Source: Candidatus Poribacteria bacterium (GTDB lineage Bacteria; Poribacteria; WGA-4E; WGA-3G). Taken from it: a DNA stretch of 64,000 bases. Location of the stretch: positions 1,216,001-1,280,000 of the forward strand of contig OZ219753.1 of assembly GCA_964291315.2 (NCBI GenBank). The letters are read 5' to 3'. The notes beneath the pieces were generated by a model that saw only the letters and a program-made list of their open reading frames with translations, did not search any database and was not told the DNA's origin. Position numbers and translations under genes: made by a program. Positions 18,695 through 29,056 of this stretch are shown here, piece after piece; within the stretch, counting starts at the first letter, position 1; each line of letters opens with the position of its first letter.

Positions 18695-18898
18695 TTAGGT
18701 TGTGCTGCAGCAGTCCTCGTAGCACAACCTGCTGAGGGGTGCCTTGTACTACAGTCCCCTTGTGTCATAACCTGTTAGGTTGTGCCTCCCCTCATAGTTT
18801 AAGGTGTCCAATTTGTGAGTTGATACTCAATCGCACAGGAAACCGACAGCCTATGCTACAAGCGTCGAAGAAGCACAGACTGGCAGTCTATGCTACAA
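18695..18898. repeat. Second array of GTAG-type REP-like palindromes
   Basis: Closely parallels 16164-16390: AGGTTGTGCT..AGCACAACCT, CATAACCTGTTAGGTTGTGC, GCACAGACTGGCAGTCTATGCTAC. Confidence 0.75.
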
Positions 18899-18904
18899 CT
18901 CCCT

Positions 18905-21124
18905 CTATTCGGCAATCGGCACAATCCAACCGTTCGTCACCGCTGGTTTATACGCATTGTCGCGCAAATAATCCGAGGTATGCCACAAGCAGAGATGCTG
19001 ACCGTCTGGCATCCAGACAACCGAGGTCAGTTTTAGCGCAGTCCGCGCAATTGGAAATTTCTTACCGCTCTCTAGGTCATAAACCCAGACCTTCCAGCGG
19101 ATACCCTCACAGTCCTCACGCTCCAGATATGCCAACCGCCTCCCGGTCGGCGACCACGACGGTGATGTGTGTGCCAAAATTTCGCTCTGTGTCAAGCCCC
19201 TAACCGTTTCCGACAGGTGCAGCTGCTTATCGATCCGCCGCCCGGGTCTATTGCTGCCCGATAAAACGTATGCGATCCGGGTGCTATCTGCTGCCCAATT
19301 GAGTTGTCGCACCTGTTGATGCTGCGTCTGAATCTCTTTTATCCGCTGCCCCTCTATATCTTGAATGCGGATACCCACGTATTTTGAGTTATCTACACCA
19401 AAAGCGACGCGTGTGCCGTCAGGTGCCCAAGAAGGTGCAGGTAGATAGGTGTAAGTCCGCTGTCGACGTTCGATGGGCACCCGCGCAATAGCACGTAAAC
19501 CGCTACCGTCGCTATTGATTCGATAGATGATGTCTAGTTCCTTTTCGCGCCTTCTAAACACTAGACGGTTGGAGGTCGGAGAAAAAGCGGGCCCCTCGCC
19601 ACGGACCAACTGTTTCGTCTGGCCGAACTTCCAATCCACTGTGTAGATATAGCGCTCACCGTTTTCATCAACCTCAAACGCGACGAGCCTGCTATCCAGG
19701 GACCAAGAGAGGTGCGGATTGTAAAACTGGCCGATATAGTATTTTCGTGCTCGCGCCCCTTTCCGATCCATAATCCACAACTCATTTGCACGCCAGTATC
19801 TACTTTTCAAATCGTCCCTTTTCAGAAACGCGACCAACTCCCCATCCGGGCTCCAGCGCGGGTATTCAGCACCCTCTATCAGTTGCAGCCGGCGCGGGGA
19901 TGGCGCTGAGCCGTCAGGCTCCCGGCAAAAAGTGGTGTTGAACAAAATGCCGTCTGTCTCCTCAAATTCCCCGAAGGCAAATTTATCCATCCACCCGCGG
20001 ACACCGTTCGGCAGCTCGATGTCGTACCACCCATCTGAAACTTGCACAATGGGCAAGGACATTTCCGCATTGAGGTGTAACAGCACGGACTTTTGATCTT
20101 TTGTCGTGTAGACCGGTGCCTCGTCGTGGACCACAACGCCTGATCGCCGGGGTTCCGCAGTTGCCGGGACTGCAGCTGCGTTCGTGAAGGCGTAAACATA
20201 CCCGTCGCCAGATGCTGCGTAAAGAGTGCCATCAGATATAGCAGGTGCGGCATCTACAAAACCGCCTGTCTGGTACATCCAAGTTTCTGTATGTGATGCC
20301 GAATCAAACCCGTGGATACGTCCATCGCGCGCACCGATGTAAGTAATGCCGTTTGCTGTAACAGGATAGCTGTCGCTTCCGGCCGTATAACCGCGCCATA
20401 CCTTGGCAGCGTGCTCCGGGAACACTGGCCGGAACACGCCGTTGGCACATCCGTATTCGATGCCATGAATTCGGACTGTCCGCTCATGCATCGCCTCAAG
20501 TTCGCCCGTCCTCGCGTTCAGCACGTAGATTTTTGATGGAAACGCGCCGACATAAACCTTGTTATCGGCAACGATGGGCGGTCCGTCCATCCAACTTTTC
20601 GTTTTGAATTTCCACAGCTTTTTGCCTGTTTGTGCCCTCAATGCATGGATTTTATTGTTTCGTGCGTTGAAGTAGACGCTATCACCGAGCACCGTCGCAG
20701 AATAACGGATAGCGTCCCCGGCATCAAACACCCATTTAATCCCCCACTGCTTCGCGTCTAACGCATACAATTTTCCGTCAGTCGACCCGATATACAAGAT
20801 ACCGTTTGCAATCACCGGTGAGGCATGGAGGGGGCCACCCGTTTTGAATCTCCACAACAGCTTCAGGGGCGGCATCAGGTGTTTGTCGGGGCTAATCCCG
20901 GAAAAACCGAGGTTGTGCATAAACATGTACCAATCTTCAGCACGCGGAGGTGTAACAGCAATGACTTCGGGAGACACGGACTCCTCCACCTCGGAAGGAC
21001 GTGATGCCCCCTGCTGTGTTGAATCACACCCGCATACCAGCAGAAATACGAGTAACGCTATAAATTTTAGGGCGCAGTTCGTGTACCAACACTGGTTGTC
21101 CAGCAATCTATTCGAGAGATACAC
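18905..21124 (-). CDS. Lipoprotein with PQQ-like (BamB-type) propeller, SH3-like domain and TolB-like propeller
   Basis: Lipobox LVCGC. Repeats SP...G.LY.GS.DG.LYALDA. WYDIELPNGVRGW (SH3b-like). WSPDG repeats. Start codon uncertain. Confidence 0.85.
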   Translation of the reverse strand: MYLSNRLLDNQCWYTNCALKFIALLVFLLVCGCDSTQQGASRPSEVEESVSPEVIAVTPPRAEDWYMFMHNLGFSGISPDKHLMPPLKLLWRFKTGGPLHASPVIANGILYIGSTDGKLYALDAKQWGIKWVFDAGDAIRYSATVLGDSVYFNARNNKIHALRAQTGKKLWKFKTKSWMDGPPIVADNKVYVGAFPSKIYVLNARTGELEAMHERTVRIHGIEYGCANGVFRPVFPEHAAKVWRGYTAGSDSYPVTANGITYIGARDGRIHGFDSASHTETWMYQTGGFVDAAPAISDGTLYAASGDGYVYAFTNAAAVPATAEPRRSGVVVHDEAPVYTTKDQKSVLLHLNAEMSLPIVQVSDGWYDIELPNGVRGWMDKFAFGEFEETDGILFNTTFCREPDGSAPSPRRLQLIEGAEYPRWSPDGELVAFLKRDDLKSRYWRANELWIMDRKGARARKYYIGQFYNPHLSWSLDSRLVAFEVDENGERYIYTVDWKFGQTKQLVRGEGPAFSPTSNRLVFRRREKELDIIYRINSDGSGLRAIARVPIERRQRTYTYLPAPSWAPDGTRVAFGVDNSKYVGIRIQDIEGQRIKEIQTQHQQVRQLNWAADSTRIAYVLSGSNRPGRRIDKQLHLSETVRGLTQSEILAHTSPSWSPTGRRLAYLEREDCEGIRWKVWVYDLESGKKFPIARTALKLTSVVWMPDGQHLCLWHTSDYLRDNAYKPAVTNGWIVPIAE

Positions 21125-21294
21125 ATTGATCCTTTCGTTAAGGGGTTGTGTGTTCGGTGTTGCGATCAGTTTTTTTGTTAACTTAACACATTACCGAGTA
21201 AGATGCAACTCTTCTTTTTAGCGCGAGTAACGTTTCTTGCGTGACGGATTTCCAAATCCCGACTTTAAACAGCACTATTGCTATTCTAAAACGG

Positions 21295-21323
21295 TTGAAA
21301 TACGACGCAACTTATGGTAAAAT
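21295..21323 (+). promoter_or_regulatory. Sigma70-type promoter of acnA
   Basis: TTGAAA, 17-bp spacer, TAAAAT with extended TG. Confidence 0.55.
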
Positions 21324-21358
21324 AGTAGAAAGTCTCTATACAACAAAGGAGTCAGCAG

Positions 21359-24031
21359 ATGCCCTATCCTGATCACGATCTTTTTCAGACACGCCGCACA
21401 CTCGACATTGGGGAGCAGGAGTTCACCTACTATTCACTCCCCGCCTTAGCAGAAGCCGGTATCGGCTCAATTGCAACTTTGCCCGTCAGTCTCCGCATTC
21501 TATTGGAGTCGTTATTACGAAATTACGATGGACACCAAATCACAGAAGAGGATGTCGTGAATTTGGCGAATTGGGACGCACGATCTCCTGAAGCGAAGGA
21601 GATCCCCTTTAAGCCGGCGCGCGTCGTGGCCCAAGATTTCACAGGTGTCCCTCTAGTCGTTGATATTGCCGCCATGCGCTCCGCTGTGGCAGCTCTCGGC
21701 GGAGATGCACGCATGATAGAACCGCTCGTCCCTGTCGATTTAGTCATCGACCACTCTATCCAGGTTGATGCATACGGCTCTGAAGATGCATTTCAGTTCA
21801 ATACCCAACGTGAATTTGAACGCAACAAGGAACGCTACGAGTTCCTGAAGTGGGGACAGCAGGCGTTTGAAAAGTTCAACATTATTCCGCCCTCTATTGG
21901 TATTGTACATCAAGTGAATCTGGAATACCTTGCTAAGGTTGTTATGGCGGAAGATTCGCTCGCCTATCCCGATACTGTCGTCGGCACGGATTCACACACC
22001 ACCATGATTAACGGCTTAGGTATCGTCGGATGGGGTGTCGGCGGCATCGAAGCAGAAGCGGCTATGTTAGGGCAACCCGTTTACATTCTGACCCCCCAAG
22101 TCCTTGGTGTCCATCTCATAGGTGAACTTCAGGACGGCGTGACCGCAACCGACCTCGTATTGACTGTAACACAACGACTCAGAGTCGCTGCAGTCGTTGA
22201 TAAATTTGTTGAATTCTTTGGCGAAGGTGTAGAAAAACTCTCCTTACCCGACCGAGCCACCCTCTCAAACATGTGCCCCGAATACGGTGCAACTATCGGA
22301 TTCTTCCCACCGGATGCTGAGACGATGCAATACCTTCGACTTACCGGCCGTGATGAGGCACACATCGATGTAGTAGAATCCTACCTCAAGGCACAGGGCA
22401 TGTTCGGCATTCCCCGTCTTGGCGATGTCGAGTACTCTGATATTCTGGAAATCGATCTCGCGAGTATCGAACCGAGTATCGCCGGCCCGAAACGTCCGCA
22501 AGATCGAATCGCCTTGTCGAGTGTTAAAGAGACCTTTACTGAATTGCTCACGCGTCCCGTGGCAGAAGATGGATTCGGCGTGGCAAAGCTAGATACCGAC
22601 CCTGATGCGATAACGCACGGTTCCGTTGCCATCTCCGCGATTACCAGCTGCACGAACACGAGTAACCCCTCTGTTATGATTGGTGCAGGGTTGCTCGCTA
22701 AGAAAGCCGTCGAAAAGGGGCTGCGTGTCCCTGATTACGTCAAGACCAGTCTGGCCCCCGGTTCACGGGTTGTAACCGAATACCTGCAGAACACGGGGCT
22801 GCTCCCTTACCTCGAAGAACTCGGTTATAACGTCGTCGGTTACGGCTGCACAACCTGTATCGGGAACAGCGGCCCGCTCAACGATGTCGTTCAAGAGGCG
22901 ATTGATGCAGGTAACCTTGTCACCGCTAGCGTTTTGAGTGGTAACCGGAATTTTGAAGCCCGTGTGCATCCAGAAATAAAAGCCAACTTCCTCATGTCAC
23001 CGCCGCTTGTTGTTGCCTACGGGCTTGCAGGCCGGATTGACATCGACTTCAACACAGAACCCATCGGACACAACGATATAGGCGACGCTGTCTACTTGAA
23101 GGACATCTGGCCCACCCAGCAAGAAATCGCTGAGATGGTTGGAGCAGCCGTTGATCGACAAACTTTCCGGGAGATGTACGAAGCTATCGGGAATCAAGCA
23201 CCCGAATGGGAAGAACTTGCAGGCGCAGCAGGTGTTCTTTACCCGTGGAATGAGCGAAGCACTTACGTCCAGCATCCACCTTTCTTTGAAGACTTCGCGC
23301 GCCATCCCGCACCTATTTCTGACATCGTAGATGCACGCGTTCTCGGTATCTTCGGGGACTCCGTCACCACTGATCATATCTCTCCAGCAGGCGCGATCGC
23401 CGCAGGGAGCCCCGCAGGCGAGTATTTGCAGTTACACGGCGTTGAGGTACTCGATTTCAATACCTACGGCTCCAGACGTGGAAACGACCGTGTGATGAGC
23501 CGCGGCACATTTGCCAACCGTCGCGTTCGCAACCGGATGACCCCTGAGGTTGAGGGCGGATTTACGATTCAGTATCCAGAAAGAACACAGACCACTATCT
23601 ATGAAGCCGCACTCCGTTATCGTGAAAATGGAGTGCCGACTGTCATCTTTGCCGGACAGGACTACGGTATGGGAAGCTCCCGGGACTGGGCAGCGAAGGG
23701 ACCTAAACTCTTAGGCGTCAAAGCCGTCGTCGTGGAGAGTTACGAGCGAATCCACCGCAGCAATCTCATCGGTATGGGGGTCTTGCCCTTGCAATTCAAA
23801 GCGGGTGAAAACGTCGAAACGCTCAATCTCGATGGTAGCGAGATTATCAGCATCACAGGATTTGCCGACACCCTTCAGCCTGGCCAGATGGCAACGATGC
23901 AGATTGTTAGAACAAATGGTGACATGCAGACGACCCAGCTGCTCATCAGAATTGACTCACCCGTAGAGGTAGAATACTACAAACACGGCGGGATTCTCGA
24001 CTACGTTATCCGGAATTTCCTATCGGCTTAA
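21359..24031 (+). CDS. acnA: Aconitate hydratase A
   Basis: [61 protein letters not shown]. Confidence 0.98.
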   Translation: MPYPDHDLFQTRRTLDIGEQEFTYYSLPALAEAGIGSIATLPVSLRILLESLLRNYDGHQITEEDVVNLANWDARSPEAKEIPFKPARVVAQDFTGVPLVVDIAAMRSAVAALGGDARMIEPLVPVDLVIDHSIQVDAYGSEDAFQFNTQREFERNKERYEFLKWGQQAFEKFNIIPPSIGIVHQVNLEYLAKVVMAEDSLAYPDTVVGTDSHTTMINGLGIVGWGVGGIEAEAAMLGQPVYILTPQVLGVHLIGELQDGVTATDLVLTVTQRLRVAAVVDKFVEFFGEGVEKLSLPDRATLSNMCPEYGATIGFFPPDAETMQYLRLTGRDEAHIDVVESYLKAQGMFGIPRLGDVEYSDILEIDLASIEPSIAGPKRPQDRIALSSVKETFTELLTRPVAEDGFGVAKLDTDPDAITHGSVAISAITSCTNTSNPSVMIGAGLLAKKAVEKGLRVPDYVKTSLAPGSRVVTEYLQNTGLLPYLEELGYNVVGYGCTTCIGNSGPLNDVVQEAIDAGNLVTASVLSGNRNFEARVHPEIKANFLMSPPLVVAYGLAGRIDIDFNTEPIGHNDIGDAVYLKDIWPTQQEIAEMVGAAVDRQTFREMYEAIGNQAPEWEELAGAAGVLYPWNERSTYVQHPPFFEDFARHPAPISDIVDARVLGIFGDSVTTDHISPAGAIAAGSPAGEYLQLHGVEVLDFNTYGSRRGNDRVMSRGTFANRRVRNRMTPEVEGGFTIQYPERTQTTIYEAALRYRENGVPTVIFAGQDYGMGSSRDWAAKGPKLLGVKAVVVESYERIHRSNLIGMGVLPLQFKAGENVETLNLDGSEIISITGFADTLQPGQMATMQIVRTNGDMQTTQLLIRIDSPVEVEYYKHGGILDYVIRNFLSA

Positions 24032-24065
24032 ATCAACAAAATAGGAACTCCACAATCCACATCCA

Positions 24066-24103
24066 AAAGCACGGGGTTACTGTCAGCAGAATCCCCGTGC
24101 TTT
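24066..24103. terminator. Probable bidirectional terminator between convergent acnA and the aldo/keto reductase gene
   Basis: AAAGCACGGGG...CCCCGTGCTTT 11-bp inverted repeat. Confidence 0.7.
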
Positions 24104-24269
24104 CACTGCGGCAGTAGATCAAGAACAACGCGGTATATCTGGGCTAAGAATTAGGCTTCACGACTACAGTGCAGCGTTAGAGAATGTTGGTTGGCTTATA
24201 GAACGGTTAGGTAAAGACGAGGCATCGGTAGATGAAAAACCACGCTGAAGACTGTGGTCTCTGTATTTC

Positions 24270-25091
24270 CTACCTTCCATGAACTGTTCGCAAATCCAAC
24301 CGGGCATCGACAGCGTCGGACACCGCGTTCGTCCAATCTACATCGTCAATACGCTGCAAGCTCATCAATGCGACGTTTACCATCGGATTCGACAAGGCGT
24401 AGTTGAGGAGAAAACTATCGATGTCAACGTTCGCCATCTCGTTCGGAAAACAGTGCTTCATGAGATTCTGGAAGGCGTTACTTGTGGTAGAGCGCATCAG
24501 CACAATCCCCATCTCTTGTGAGACTGCGTCGGGGATCACGCCTTGCCCCCCGAACGCATCACAAGTACTCTGGTACATGAGGTTATAGTGGATTTGCATC
24601 ATGTCAAATTCTGCGGTGGCAATTAACTGCTCTGTGCCGCTAGAGGGGCCGTCCGCCGAAAACCCGATAAACCGGACTTTCCCATCTGCTTTCAGTTTCA
24701 AATATGTTTCCAACCCGCCTCTATTGAGAATTGTGTCTATATCGTCGGCATAAAACCATCCGCCGTGAAATTGCAGGACATCGATGTAGTCTGTGCCGAG
24801 CCGTTGCAGGCTCCCTTCTACATCTGTCACGATACCTTCTGGGTTGTATTCTTCCGTCTTGGTTGCGACGATACACGATTCGCGTCGTCCGTTGATGGCC
24901 TTACCGATAATCGTCTCGCTGTAACCGCTGCCATAGTCAGGTGCGGTGTCAAGATAGTTGAGGCCACACTCCATAGCATAATGGAGCATTCTGATGAGTG
25001 CAGCCTCATCGTGCTCTTGGCCAACTCTACCGCCGCCGTAACCGATCTCCGATACGCTGAGTCCCGTTTTGCCGAGTATACGATACTTCAT
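24270..25091 (-). CDS. Aldo/keto reductase
   Basis: MKYRILGKTGLSVSEIGYG, DTAPDYG, ATK, SLQRLGTDYIDVLQFH, GKVRFIG. Start moved to the ATG at 25091. Confidence 0.92.
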   Translation of the reverse strand: MKYRILGKTGLSVSEIGYGGGRVGQEHDEAALIRMLHYAMECGLNYLDTAPDYGSGYSETIIGKAINGRRESCIVATKTEEYNPEGIVTDVEGSLQRLGTDYIDVLQFHGGWFYADDIDTILNRGGLETYLKLKADGKVRFIGFSADGPSSGTEQLIATAEFDMMQIHYNLMYQSTCDAFGGQGVIPDAVSQEMGIVLMRSTTSNAFQNLMKHCFPNEMANVDIDSFLLNYALSNPMVNVALMSLQRIDDVDWTNAVSDAVDARLDLRTVHGR

Positions 25092-25189
25092 AGCAAATTT
25101 CCTTCCCTTTGAATCAAGGTCTGCTTGTAAAGCAGGAAGGATGAAAGTTAGAAAAGAGACTTCGTTCCATTCTTCCATCCTTTCTTCTT

Positions 25190-28100
25190 TTAGACAAAAT
25201 CTGTATATGAGGTGCGGTGCTTGTTCCCACGTATTGTCCGATTGCTGGGTTTGATAGAATTTTCGCCAAATAATTGTTCTACTTCTTCAATAACTGTCGG
25301 TTTATGAGCGACCCTGTATTTTTGAGCACACTGCGCAATAACTTGGCCATAGCGAGGTGTCATGAGACGCAAAATTAAGTCGTTATCTCCGCTATTATCA
25401 CTTGCGATTTCCCGGAGTGCCTCCAATTTCCCACTATTTTCAAGGTCCACCTCAGGAATCGTTACTTCAAGCGCGGAAGTCTGTTTTTCGATAACAGATT
25501 CAATATCTACGATGCTGTCAGCTTGTATCTGACGTTGCTCTCTTTGGTTTTCGTCCTCACTCTTTCGATTCCTGCTGTTTTGACTGACTTTCCCTCGAAT
25601 CCAAATCACCCGATCCTCGACGAGATCGCCTGCAGTTTTGTAGGCTTCAGGAAAAACGACGACCTCCACTGAACCTTCCAGATCCTCGAAACCGATCACC
25701 GCCATCCGTTCTCCTTTCTTTGTAGTAAGGTTTTTAACCTCTGTTATCATACCTACCACGAAAACTTCTGCATCAATCGGATGTTCAATGAGGGTTTGCG
25801 TACTCGTGCTTGTATAGTACTCAATGATGTCGCTATATTCTTCAAGAGGGTGTCCAGTAACGTAGAAGCCGAGGTGTTCTTTTTCCTGCTTGAGTCGTTC
25901 TAAAGGCTCGTATTCCGGGACATCAGTGATCATGGAAGTTATCGGCTGAGCCTCTGCTGCATCACCGAAAAGACTCATTTGTCCCCGATCGCGTTCTGCT
26001 TGTGCACTTTGGGCTGCCTTCATGATACTCTCTAAGTTCATCAGGTGCTGGGCGCGGTGTCCTTCGAGTGAATCAAATGCACCGCTCATAATTAAATTTT
26101 CAACAGCCCGCTTGTTAACCTGTTTAAGATCCACACGTTCGCAGAAATTTTCTAACGAAGTGAACAAACCGCCCTCGTCCCGCGCGTCTACAATGGCGTC
26201 TATCACACTATCACCGACTCCTTTTACGGCAACAAGCCCAAAGCAGACGTCATTGCCGTTCACCGTGAATTCCCTGTTGCTGCTATTGACATCGGGGGGT
26301 AAAAGATTGATCTCTACATCCAGAAAATCGGCAAGTTTTTTACATTCTGCCCGGTAACGCGTGATTTTTGATGAATCGCCAGCTTCTCCCGTCATCAGTG
26401 CTGCTAGAAATTCGTGCGGGTAATGTGTTTTCAGATACGCCATACGATAGGCTAACATTGAGTAGGCAACGGTGTGTGACTTGTTGAAAGCATAACGGGC
26501 AAAAGGTTCAAGCAGTTCAAATATGTCTTCTGCTTCTTTCTTTCCGATATCGTTTTTCATTGCCCCTTCAATAAATTTCTGACGCTGCGCTTTGAGGAGT
26601 TCCTCATCTTTTTTCCCCATGGCTGAACGAAGTACATCTGCTTCGCCGAGGGTAAAGCCCGCCATATCGCGTGCAATCTGCATCACCTGTTCCTGATATA
26701 CACAGACACCATAGGTGCTTTCGAGTATGCCTTCAATTGACTCATGGATATGGTCGACCGCCTCTGAGCCGTTCTTTCGGTTTATGAACTGTTGCATAAA
26801 ACCGCTCTCGATCGGGCCGGGACGATACAGGGCAGGGATCGCTGAGAATTCATCAAAAGTATCAGGCCTGAGATCCGTGACGACCCGATACATCCCCGGC
26901 GAAGCATCCAATTGGAACAAGCCGTTAATCAGCCCTTTACTGATCAGCGCGTAAGTTTCTTCGTCGTCAAAAGGAATATCTTCTAACTCTATCTCCTTAC
27001 CGTGGATCACCTTAATCATCTGCAGACAATCATACGTTTCTGTCAAACTTCGCAGCCCGAGAGAATCAAACTTAACGATCCCGACATCTTCAACAGTTTT
27101 ACCTTCAAATTGTGATGCGACCTGATCGTGTTTATCCTTGAACAGCGGGACATAATTGGTTAGCGGGCCGTTTGAAATAACAATCGCAGACGCATGGCAC
27201 GAAACATGACGTTTCATTCCCTCGACGGCTTTGCTGAGATCCATCAATTCTCTATTTTCTGGACGATCAGCGAGGTCCTGAAATTCCGGTTCCTTTTCCA
27301 AGGCCTCCTCAATCGTGATTCCGGGGGTATTAGGGATAAGGCGGGTTAACGTTTTGACATTTTCGAGTGGCACCTCAAGGGCGCGCCCGACATCCGCTAT
27401 AGCGGCTTTCGCACCCAGCGTTGCAAAAGTAGCGACTTTACCCACGGAATCTTCACCGTACTTTTCTCTAAGATAATTGATAACGGGCTCACGGGCCCGG
27501 TCCGCGAAATCAATATCGATATCGGGCGGGCTGATACGTTCAAGATTTAAGAACCGTTCAAAGAGGCAGTCGTAGTCCATCGGATTGAAAGTGATTACGT
27601 CAAGGGCATACAGCACAAGACTACTGGCAGCAGAACCCCGAGCCGAGAGCGGATACCCATGCTTATGCGCATATTTAACGTAATCCCACACAATAAGGAA
27701 GTAACCCGAATAGTCAGTTTTACTAATAATATCGAGCTCGTAATCCAACCGTTGGCAGATATTCTCCGGCAGTTCGCCACCATATCTCTCCCGTAAGTTT
27801 TTATAACAGATTTCTTTGAGAAAGCTATCGTTCGTATGGCCTGCCGGAACTTCGTATTCAGGCATCAGGTTCTTGCCGTAATCAAGTTTAAGGTCACACC
27901 GGTTAGCTATTTCGAGCGTGTTGCTAATGGCTTCTGGCGGATAGCCCTTCAATACTTCCCGCATTTCATCAACATTTTTAAAGTAGAAGTGATTGTCAAA
28001 CCGTAGGCGTTGCTGGTCGTTGACAGTTTTCTTCGTTTGGATACAGAGGAGGACATCGTGCATCTGATGGTCGGACTTGCGGAGGTAGTGACAATCGTTT

Positions 28101-28711
28101 GTTCCCACGAGCGGAAGGTTGAACTCTTTTGCCAAATCCACCATTATTGGATATGCCTCAAGCTCCTTGTCAATGTAATGATTTTGCACTTCAACATAGA
28201 GGTTCCGCTTGCCCATTATTTCTACTAATGTTTTGAAGTTTTGGATCCCCTCCTCTCGTCTATTTGAACAGACGAGTTGCGGCACCTGCCCTTGGATGCA
28301 CCCGGTCAGTGCGATGATTCCATGGTGATACTCGCGCAGGATCTCCATGTCAATGCGCGGCTTGCTATAGAAGCCTTCTGTATAGCCGAGCGATGTCAAT
28401 TTTAAGAGGTTTTGATAACCGGTTGCATCTTCCGCGAGCAGTGTCAAATGATAGGGACCGCCTTGTTCTTTCCTGCGTGTCTTCCTATCTCCAGGTGCTA
28501 CATATACCTCACATCCGACGATTGGCTTGACACCTGCTTTCTTAGCTTTATCATACAATTCCCATGCGCCGAACATGTTGCCATGATCGGTGAGAGCAAC
28601 GGCGGGGGCACTATTTTCGACAGCCCAATCTACCATATCGGCGATACGACACGCTCCATCCAGCATGCTATACTCGCTATGATTATGTAGATGAACAAAT
28701 TCTGTGGCCAT
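25190..28711 (-). CDS. dnaE: DNA polymerase III alpha subunit
   Basis: PHP HLHNHSEYSMLDG, FERFLNLER, PDIDIDF, YAFNKSH, C-terminal OB fold. Confidence 0.98.
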   Translation of the reverse strand: MATEFVHLHNHSEYSMLDGACRIADMVDWAVENSAPAVALTDHGNMFGAWELYDKAKKAGVKPIVGCEVYVAPGDRKTRRKEQGGPYHLTLLAEDATGYQNLLKLTSLGYTEGFYSKPRIDMEILREYHHGIIALTGCIQGQVPQLVCSNRREEGIQNFKTLVEIMGKRNLYVEVQNHYIDKELEAYPIMVDLAKEFNLPLVGTNDCHYLRKSDHQMHDVLLCIQTKKTVNDQQRLRFDNHFYFKNVDEMREVLKGYPPEAISNTLEIANRCDLKLDYGKNLMPEYEVPAGHTNDSFLKEICYKNLRERYGGELPENICQRLDYELDIISKTDYSGYFLIVWDYVKYAHKHGYPLSARGSAASSLVLYALDVITFNPMDYDCLFERFLNLERISPPDIDIDFADRAREPVINYLREKYGEDSVGKVATFATLGAKAAIADVGRALEVPLENVKTLTRLIPNTPGITIEEALEKEPEFQDLADRPENRELMDLSKAVEGMKRHVSCHASAIVISNGPLTNYVPLFKDKHDQVASQFEGKTVEDVGIVKFDSLGLRSLTETYDCLQMIKVIHGKEIELEDIPFDDEETYALISKGLINGLFQLDASPGMYRVVTDLRPDTFDEFSAIPALYRPGPIESGFMQQFINRKNGSEAVDHIHESIEGILESTYGVCVYQEQVMQIARDMAGFTLGEADVLRSAMGKKDEELLKAQRQKFIEGAMKNDIGKKEAEDIFELLEPFARYAFNKSHTVAYSMLAYRMAYLKTHYPHEFLAALMTGEAGDSSKITRYRAECKKLADFLDVEINLLPPDVNSSNREFTVNGNDVCFGLVAVKGVGDSVIDAIVDARDEGGLFTSLENFCERVDLKQVNKRAVENLIMSGAFDSLEGHRAQHLMNLESIMKAAQSAQAERDRGQMSLFGDAAEAQPITSMITDVPEYEPLERLKQEKEHLGFYVTGHPLEEYSDIIEYYTSTSTQTLIEHPIDAEVFVVGMITEVKNLTTKKGERMAVIGFEDLEGSVEVVVFPEAYKTAGDLVEDRVIWIRGKVSQNSRNRKSEDENQREQRQIQADSIVDIESVIEKQTSALEVTIPEVDLENSGKLEALREIASDNSGDNDLILRLMTPRYGQVIAQCAQKYRVAHKPTVIEEVEQLFGENSIKPSNRTIRGNKHRTSYTDFV

Positions 28712-28921
28712 GCTTCCTCCAATGTTTAAGTTTAATGAATACGATTTTTTAAACGAATTGAATTATGAAATCGATAGCATTATACCAAAAATACGGCAGA
28801 ATTTCCATAATAAATTTTAAAAAGCTGTCAGTCTTCAGTCATCCGTAAAGAAAGAAGTGATGTATCTAAAGTTGCTCAGTTACCGGCTGCCAGCCGCTCA
28901 CGGCTAATCGCTGCTTTTAAG

Positions 28922-28951
28922 TTGACATCTGCTGATTACATCTGCTACAAT
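28922..28951 (+). promoter_or_regulatory. Sigma70-type promoter of the MFS gene
   Basis: TTGACA, 18-bp spacer, TACAAT with extended TG. Contains the direct repeat ACATCTGCT twice. Confidence 0.6.
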
Positions 28952-29056
28952 AAACAGGATTACGTTCTAAAATCGCTTCGGATCGCATCTGTAGAAGGCG
29001 ATCCAAGAGCATAGGAAGGTATAAACGCTTCATTGCGGATTTTCACGCCCAATTAG

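Noticed and set aside
18739-19203. 154-aa plus-strand ORF
   Set aside because: It is read through the REP-like array and runs antisense to the propeller lipoprotein gene.
25190-28711. Intein or split in dnaE
   Set aside because: Normal length (1173 aa), contiguous motifs, no splice-junction motifs seen.
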